Origin: a virus
Taxonomy: Duplodnaviria > Heunggongvirae > Uroviricota > Caudoviricetes
Length of the DNA: 64,000 nucleotides
Virus record (IMG/VR): IMGVR_UViG_3300042914_002848
Strand: one strand, 5' to 3'
How positions within the stretch are numbered: position 1 is the first letter of the stretch; every line of letters starts with the position of its first letter. Both the position numbers and the translations under genes were made by a program. Shown here one piece after another: positions 58,112-64,000 of the stretch. The notes under the pieces are model-generated. The model was given only the letters and a program-made list of their open reading frames with translations, searched no databases and was not told where the DNA came from.

Positions 58112-60599
58112 AAAATTGTGAAGCTTTTTGTAAATTTTTATTTGGTAAATCCCACTTCATCGCATTATAGAAATCATCTATTTTGTTTTGAAGAGCACCT
58201 TCCCAAATAGCATCCAAGTCGGTGTAATCGTTAATTATTTTTTCAATCTCCGGCGGGTCATTCCATCCCGTAAAACCAACGGTATCTAACCCCAAATTGT
58301 TTCTTTTCAAATAAACCCACTTAATCTTATCACCATCTTTCATTGGTTCAAATTTAAATGGACATTTGTAGTATTTCAATAGTTGATTATATGCAATGGC
58401 TGATTTGACATGCGCAGGTGTTCCTTTAGGGAACTTACCCAATGAATATGTACCATCATCATACTTACTCAATTCTTTTACAGCGGAGTTCTTTGCTACA
58501 TCCTTCTTTGGTTGAGTTTCCATCCCCTCCTTAAAATCCAATATCTTCTTATCAATATCATTCTTATTTACCCCCTTTAAGATATCCGATAGAACCTGCT
58601 CCATCACACCCTTAAAGTAAGTTGGAAAATCAGAGCGTTTAACATCTAACCCCTTTGCATCAATTTTATCACATGGGACGGTATTATCATTGATAATCCA
58701 TTGAGCATATCGTTTTTTGGCAACCCAAAATCCAGACTTAGCAATTGTTTCTTGCTTAATATCAAATCGGTGTTTCTCTATATTGAACAACCTTTTTGAC
58801 ATTACATCATAGGTTTTATTAATATACTGCTGCACCTCCTTTGCAACTGCTAAGATAGCAGGCACCATTTCCTCATCCGATTGTTCATTAATAGTTGGGT
58901 TTCGGTGCTTTACAAGCGGAAGAGCTGAAAAATACACAGAGTCAGTGTCCGTGTAAATGTTGTAATCCCCGTCCGTTCCAATCTGCGAAATATAATACTG
59001 ATTCGCAATCTTTTCAGTAGTTTTAATTACCGTCTGCCCCGTCATTGTAACTGCTTCTGCGTTATCAACATCGTAGAATCTAAACGATGGTAATCCTAAT
59101 ACACCATATAGTGAGTTAAGCATAATCTTTTGAACAAGTTGGCGTTGGGAATAAAACTTATACAAATCTTTATTACCCTCTTTACCATACTTTTTCATCA
59201 AATCCTTATACTCAACCCTTTTATCAAACCACACATTTAGGATTTCAGGTATTACTCCCACCTGCTCATTTGAATATATAACCCCATTTGAAGCAATGGA
59301 GTAGTTATTGGATTTTATCAACTCATTAAACTCACTATGCACTAATGGTGGTAATTGATTACCATCATCATCAACCACAACATAAAGTTCAATTTTATTC
59401 TTTACATATTCCTCACTCGTAAACCCTTTAACCTTACCAACTTTTGTTTCAGGGCTGATATTCAAACTCATAATAATGGATGGATATAGAGATGTTAAAT
59501 CCAAGTCATACAACCATTGGTATAAGCCTGGTACAGGCTCTTTCACATACGCACCTTCAAACTTACCCTCACTATCCTCACCTTTCCTTTTTGGTTTGTT
59601 AGGAGCAACCCTACCACTTCTACGCAAGAATGTGAGTATCGCACCCTCTAACCACTTAGATGAAAATAAGAAATCTTCATAAGGAACATGCCCCGCGTGA
59701 CATATCGCTCTAGCCAAATCAATGAATTGGAGTTTTGCATCCAAGTCCACAACCAATTTAACATCTTCAACATTGTACTCAATGAATCGTTCCAAGTCAT
59801 CTCGCATCAATTGGTCTAAGTTTCCCGTATATTGAACCTTACCTCTACCCAACTCTAACTTTGAAATGGTATCCAATCTGTAATTAGGAAATTCCTGATA
59901 AGTGTAGGTTTTGTAAAGAGCAAGGTAATCTAAGCAAGAAACACCTGCTATCACATAACGCTCCCTATTTTTTAGATAATCCACCTTTCCTATAGGTGAT
60001 AAGGAATTAGCATTCTTATGCCCCAATACCTTTTTTAACCTATTGTAAAGGTATGGTATATCAAAGAAATCAATATTCCACCCAGTTACAATTGTTGGAT
60101 TTATTTCCTGCCACTTTTGAAGAAATGCCCACAACAAATCCCGTTCGTTGTTATATATGTTTACTTCTGCACCGCCAATAGTTTTGTTCAGTTTAGTATC
60201 ACCCAAAACATAAACAAAATAATCTCCAGTCGCAGAGTCGTGAGCTGCGATGGAGGTTATACTATTATCGGCTTTTTCAACATTTGGGAGACCTGTATTC
60301 ATCTCCACCTCAATATCAAATGTCAATACAACATTCCCCGTTGAAACATCATCAGATGTTCCATACTCATCAATCAAAAATCGGGTGTAATCATTTACAT
60401 CGGATTCATATAATTCTAAATTGGTATCCTTTTCCCAATAAGTAAGCTTCTTTAAGCGTTTACCATATATAGAAAAATAAGAACCATTTCCATCAGGTGT
60501 GTAGGCGTATCTACTATACTTTTTAATATAGTATCCTTTAACATCATCCCAACAGTGTATTGTGTTTGTTTCTTTATCATAGTATAGATTCTGATACAT
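58101..60599 (-). CDS. DNA polymerase, family B (T4 gp43-like)
   Basis: Exo I FDIE, motif A DLTSLYPS, motif B KIMLNSLYG, motif C YTDTDSVY. Confidence 0.95.
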   Translation of the reverse strand: MYQNLYYDKETNTIHCWDDVKGYYIKKYSRYAYTPDGNGSYFSIYGKRLKKLTYWEKDTNLELYESDVNDYTRFLIDEYGTSDDVSTGNVVLTFDIEVEMNTGLPNVEKADNSITSIAAHDSATGDYFVYVLGDTKLNKTIGGAEVNIYNNERDLLWAFLQKWQEINPTIVTGWNIDFFDIPYLYNRLKKVLGHKNANSLSPIGKVDYLKNRERYVIAGVSCLDYLALYKTYTYQEFPNYRLDTISKLELGRGKVQYTGNLDQLMRDDLERFIEYNVEDVKLVVDLDAKLQFIDLARAICHAGHVPYEDFLFSSKWLEGAILTFLRRSGRVAPNKPKRKGEDSEGKFEGAYVKEPVPGLYQWLYDLDLTSLYPSIIMSLNISPETKVGKVKGFTSEEYVKNKIELYVVVDDDGNQLPPLVHSEFNELIKSNNYSIASNGVIYSNEQVGVIPEILNVWFDKRVEYKDLMKKYGKEGNKDLYKFYSQRQLVQKIMLNSLYGVLGLPSFRFYDVDNAEAVTMTGQTVIKTTEKIANQYYISQIGTDGDYNIYTDTDSVYFSALPLVKHRNPTINEQSDEEMVPAILAVAKEVQQYINKTYDVMSKRLFNIEKHRFDIKQETIAKSGFWVAKKRYAQWIINDNTVPCDKIDAKGLDVKRSDFPTYFKGVMEQVLSDILKGVNKNDIDKKILDFKEGMETQPKKDVAKNSAVKELSKYDDGTYSLGKFPKGTPAHVKSAIAYNQLLKYYKCPFKFEPMKDGDKIKWVYLKRNNLGLDTVGFTGWNDPPEIEKIINDYTDLDAIWEGALQNKIDDFYNAMKWDLPNKNLQKASQFFGF

Positions 60600-60637
60600 C
60601 TAATATTCCTTTCGTTAAAATTATTCTTTTAGGTGAA

Positions 60638-62209
60638 TTATGGTTTATAAAAAACAAAAATAGGTTCAAATTTGTAAAACTGTCCCTCTATCTGCATTGA
60701 ATTTTTAGCTTTAGATAAATCCATTCCGGTCATCGGACTCATAGTCATTCTTAGTTTACCTTTGTATTCACATCCTAACGCAGTTAATATATCAATACTA
60801 TCACGTTCTAATGGATAAAATTTATCAGGTCCAACTTTAATATCTGCGATATTCCAACAAACATAGCGGTCATTTCTAAGATATTCGTAGATTGTTGTAA
60901 GTGTTGGTTTTAAGAAACCATCTCGCCAACTTTCATAGTTACTAAACTTTTTAAATGATTGGGTATCATCATCTGAATATCTTTCTCTATCAAAGTATGG
61001 TGGTGAGGTAAATGCGAAATCCAACTTACCTTTATACTTCTGAAATCTTGTATCATCAGCAATCACCTCAGAACCCGTTGTAAATATTTCATATGTATTT
61101 GCATGCCCCCAAAAGGAATTTGCCGCACCCGGTACTTTGCTATTAAAGAATTCTGCAAGATACTCATAGCGAGTTTTACCAATTTCAGGTATTTGATTTT
61201 CAGTATTTGGGTCATTACCGATGTAGTGAATATTTCTATCATCTATACTCAATGCTCCCAATATTCTTCCACCCCAACCCGCGGATGGGTCATAGATGTT
61301 AATCACATCTTGCTCCTTAATATGTTGTGTAAACCTTTGATACAAATACTTTGCAGTAAGTGGTGGGAAGTTTACAACTGCTTGTGTTCCCATTCCAATA
61401 CGAAACGCTGCAGTTGCTTCGGGAAATATTCTCTGTCCTAGCGGATAGATTTTAATCTGAATTGGTTGTTTGTGGATATCAACTAAATTATCAATATTTT
61501 CACCCCAATCTGCAGTTTTAAGAGAAGATATATTTTCATACTTCAATATACCAGCGTTGTAAAGGTCTTTAACCTCTTTCGCAGTAATTGGTGGAGATGG
61601 GACTTTACTATCCGCCTGAGATAAACAAAAGTTATATCCGCTCTTATTATCACCGGCTACCCATTTTTCAATCCACTCTTTACCACTTTGAATATGCGAG
61701 TTATGAAATTGCGGATTATCTAAATGCAATGTTTTAGAAAAACGATACATACCATCCTGTCTTGTTAATCTTCTCATTTGTTTAACAAACTCTGGCAAAT
61801 ACTGGTCATCTGCAAATACATCATAGATAGATGGTTTGGGCTTATCGTATGTCGAACCACCAATACCTGTCTTATACATTGCAGGAAAGAATTGATTGAC
61901 TGGTGTTGCGAACTTATTAAAGTTAAAGATTACTTCGTTTCCGTCATCATCTTTTTCTTCAAACTCATTTACTTTGTAAGTTTGTAGTTTAGAAAACTGT
62001 TCAATTATTTCTGATTCGTCAACACCAATTCGTGGTGGTGCTCCAGTTTCGTTCCACTTTCTTACTGCAAGTTCTCTAAAAAATGCCACCCACTTTTCAA
62101 AGTCAGCAAATGGCATTTTGAGAATATCTTCGTATAATAAGTTTACGGCGGGTTCATACAACCAATCATTCTTTTCGTAAAAATACTTTTTAGAATAATT
62201 GAAACTCAT
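60638..62209 (-). CDS. gamma-class amino-methyltransferase-like protein with ~300-aa N-terminal domain of unknown function
   Basis: Motif I YDPSAGWGGR and motif IV FTSPPYF. Paralogous to 62408..63628. Confidence 0.55.
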   Translation of the reverse strand: MSFNYSKKYFYEKNDWLYEPAVNLLYEDILKMPFADFEKWVAFFRELAVRKWNETGAPPRIGVDESEIIEQFSKLQTYKVNEFEEKDDDGNEVIFNFNKFATPVNQFFPAMYKTGIGGSTYDKPKPSIYDVFADDQYLPEFVKQMRRLTRQDGMYRFSKTLHLDNPQFHNSHIQSGKEWIEKWVAGDNKSGYNFCLSQADSKVPSPPITAKEVKDLYNAGILKYENISSLKTADWGENIDNLVDIHKQPIQIKIYPLGQRIFPEATAAFRIGMGTQAVVNFPPLTAKYLYQRFTQHIKEQDVINIYDPSAGWGGRILGALSIDDRNIHYIGNDPNTENQIPEIGKTRYEYLAEFFNSKVPGAANSFWGHANTYEIFTTGSEVIADDTRFQKYKGKLDFAFTSPPYFDRERYSDDDTQSFKKFSNYESWRDGFLKPTLTTIYEYLRNDRYVCWNIADIKVGPDKFYPLERDSIDILTALGCEYKGKLRMTMSPMTGMDLSKAKNSMQIEGQFYKFEPIFVFYKP

Positions 62210-62317
62210 TGGGCTGTTAATTGTTGTTCTACCAAATCAGCGAGAGTGTACTTTTGTACGAAGCGATTAATTTTGTTTTTTTCCATATTTAAAGTTTATA
62301 GTTTTTATATTTTGAAT

Positions 62318-62352
62318 GTAACGATACGAAAAAAATTTCATACCACCAAATT
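62318..62352 (-). promoter_or_regulatory. degenerate copy of the conserved promoter element
   Basis: Reads AATTTGGTGGTATGAAATTTTTTTCGTATCGTTAC on the minus strand. Confidence 0.35.
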
Positions 62353-62407
62353 ATTTTGGTACTTTTTTGTTGTTTACATCGGTTCGTGCCACGCGCGATG
62401 GATTTTT

Positions 62408-63628
62408 TTACTTTTTCCAAACCCATATAGGTTCACAAAAAGTTTGATTTTTTGCATCTTTTGCAAGTTTAAGTGTATCATCTGAATAGTATTCACTAAC
62501 TGCAGTTCCTGCACCACCACTATTAGGTCTTTTGGTCATTTCCATTCCGATACAACCCATATAGGTAAGACCCGTTGAGTTAATAAAATCATTCATACAA
62601 TTTACAATATCCACATAACCTTTATCGGGCGCAGAATATACATCTGCAATGTTAATCGCGAGGATACCATCTTTTTTTAGAGTTGGTATCATTTTCTCCA
62701 ATGCTTTGTGTAAAAAGTTTTTATTCCAATCGTCAATTTGTTTATACCTCAAATATGACTGTGTATCATGGTCTGAGTATCTTTCAGTATTAAAGTAAGG
62801 TGGTGATGTAAAAATAGTATCAAAGTAATTTTCATACTTTGAGTAATCCACATCTTCTGCAGGTTCCGAAATAAATGTTGCTCTTTTTGGTTCTTCAAAA
62901 AAAGTTTGGTATTTCTTGTAGTATTCTTCTTGTAAAAGATAGTTCTGATAATTGTTTAAATTTGGGTCTATACCAACATAGTGTTTTGTGTTTTGTGATG
63001 TATAGAATCCTGCAAATCTATCTCCCCATCCAGCAGAAAAATCCAATATGTATTCTGAATTGAAATACTCATAAAGTGATTTTGCAACCGATGGTTTGAA
63101 TTGTGATGCAACATACTTTCTTAAATTCATTGCCATTTTTAAGGTGTTGATATTGATTTCTGTCAAAACTTTCTCCAAACTAAAAAATGCCCTAACAATT
63201 GTTTTAATACCTTCTACTGTCTGCCAGGTTTTCCAACCCGATGGTCCTCTAACCCAATCTACTTTGTATCGGTTTTCAACATGGAATTTGTTGGAACATT
63301 TATTGCCAGTTGTGTTCTTTTTAAAGTAAAGGTATTTCCCATCAAAAGTAATCGGATATCTACTTTCGTGTCCGTTACGAGGATACCATTCACCTTCTAC
63401 CAAAATATCTGCCCACCAGATTCCTTTCAATTTTTTGTAATCATCCAAAATTTCATCATCGGTGTAAACCGGAATTGGAAGTGGGTAGGTATGACATACT
63501 TCTGATAGAGTTTCTATAATATCTTCTTTTGGGTAAGTATTTTTAATATACTCCCATTGTTGTTCGTTTATTTTAAGGTAAGGGGTCATTCCCCTAAATT
63601 GCTGAAAATGTTCTCTTATATCTTGCAT
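62408..63628 (-). CDS. gamma-class amino-methyltransferase-like protein (paralog)
   Basis: Motif I LDFSAGWGDR, motif IV FTSPPYF...ERYSDHDTQS, and a KSLYEYF block shared with the paralog. Confidence 0.55.
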   Translation of the reverse strand: MQDIREHFQQFRGMTPYLKINEQQWEYIKNTYPKEDIIETLSEVCHTYPLPIPVYTDDEILDDYKKLKGIWWADILVEGEWYPRNGHESRYPITFDGKYLYFKKNTTGNKCSNKFHVENRYKVDWVRGPSGWKTWQTVEGIKTIVRAFFSLEKVLTEININTLKMAMNLRKYVASQFKPSVAKSLYEYFNSEYILDFSAGWGDRFAGFYTSQNTKHYVGIDPNLNNYQNYLLQEEYYKKYQTFFEEPKRATFISEPAEDVDYSKYENYFDTIFTSPPYFNTERYSDHDTQSYLRYKQIDDWNKNFLHKALEKMIPTLKKDGILAINIADVYSAPDKGYVDIVNCMNDFINSTGLTYMGCIGMEMTKRPNSGGAGTAVSEYYSDDTLKLAKDAKNQTFCEPIWVWKK

Positions 63629-63981
63629 TAATTTGGTTTTTTACTTTTGTTGAGAGCTTCTGAGGTGTATTTTTCATATACTTCTTCAAAACCCCAATCT
63701 TTAACATCAATTAGTGCATCGTCCAATTGAAAAGATAATTGACCACTACCTTTAACCTTAGTAAAATACTTGTTCCAAGATTCAACATGTTTGGAACTAA
63801 TGTGTCTTGATACACCTATAATCATTATAGTGTTTTTAGTGCTAGAAACATATGCTATTGCTTGCTGTCTTGCAGCAGTGTTAAAGTCATCCCTTTTAAC
63901 TTCAATGATTATATTTTTTGTATCGGCAGTTACAATACCTTCATTATCGGTAACAAAAATTTTAAAATCATGTCTACCCAC
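63628..63981 (-). CDS. hypothetical protein (possible small PD-(D/E)XK-like fold)
   Basis: D...EVK pattern in VTADTKNIIIEVKRDD. Confidence 0.35.
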   Translation of the reverse strand: MGRHDFKIFVTDNEGIVTADTKNIIIEVKRDDFNTAARQQAIAYVSSTKNTIMIIGVSRHISSKHVESWNKYFTKVKGSGQLSFQLDDALIDVKDWGFEEVYEKYTSEALNKSKKPN

Positions 63982-64000
63982 ATCAGAATCCCATTCAAGA

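Noticed and set aside
62210-62290. 26-aa ORF (MEKNKINRFVQKYTLADLVEQQLTAQ) in the intergenic region between the two methyltransferase-like genes
   Set aside because: It is very short, with no hydrophobic or recognisable motif. The region more plausibly serves as the leader and promoter for gene 60638..62209.

Overview
This window reads as a 64-kb stretch of a large lytic, T4-like bacteriophage genome. It is AT-rich and almost every convincing gene lies on the minus strand, tightly packed with short overlaps. The host is very probably a Bacteroidota (Flavobacteria-type) bacterium. Three things in the sequence point that way: a protein with a canonical T9SS C-terminal sorting domain, several Sec and lipoprotein signal peptides, and about eleven copies of a conserved Bacteroidetes-type promoter (TTTG, 19-21 nt, TAnnTTTR).

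Modules in order along the window:
1. Auxiliary metabolism (0-12 kb): ThyX, methylglyoxal synthase, type-II glutamine synthetase, a lambda-like PPP phosphatase, a P-loop kinase, an SPFH protein and a NUDIX hydrolase.
2. A secreted Serratia-family nuclease.
3. A proteostasis block: J-domain protein, GroEL, an HNH homing endonuclease inserted between groEL and groES, and a ClpS-like adaptor further on.
4. Two tRNA-like elements, a small lipoprotein and HAD phosphatases.
5. A lysis cassette: holin, two spanin-like proteins and a GH19 endolysin.
6. A cluster of exported proteins: a PA14-domain protein, a candidate outer-membrane beta-barrel, a lipoprotein and a T9SS-CTD cargo protein.
7. A roughly 19.5-kb, 22-gene glycan biosynthesis island (GT2, GT4, GT9-like, GT11, GT17-like and GT92-like transferases; Gmd, a GME-like epimerase, an RmlD-like reductase, a DegT enzyme and three FkbM methyltransferases).
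8. A T4-type replisome block (RecB/Cas4-like nuclease, gp44/gp62/gp45-like clamp loader and clamp, B-family DNA polymerase).
9. Two tandem paralogous gamma-class amino-methyltransferase-like genes.

The most unusual items are the glycan island with the adjacent exported-protein cluster, the glutamine synthetase gene flanked by 57-bp direct repeats, the chaperone module, the conserved promoter and terminator-promoter repeats, and the noncanonical tRNA-like pair.
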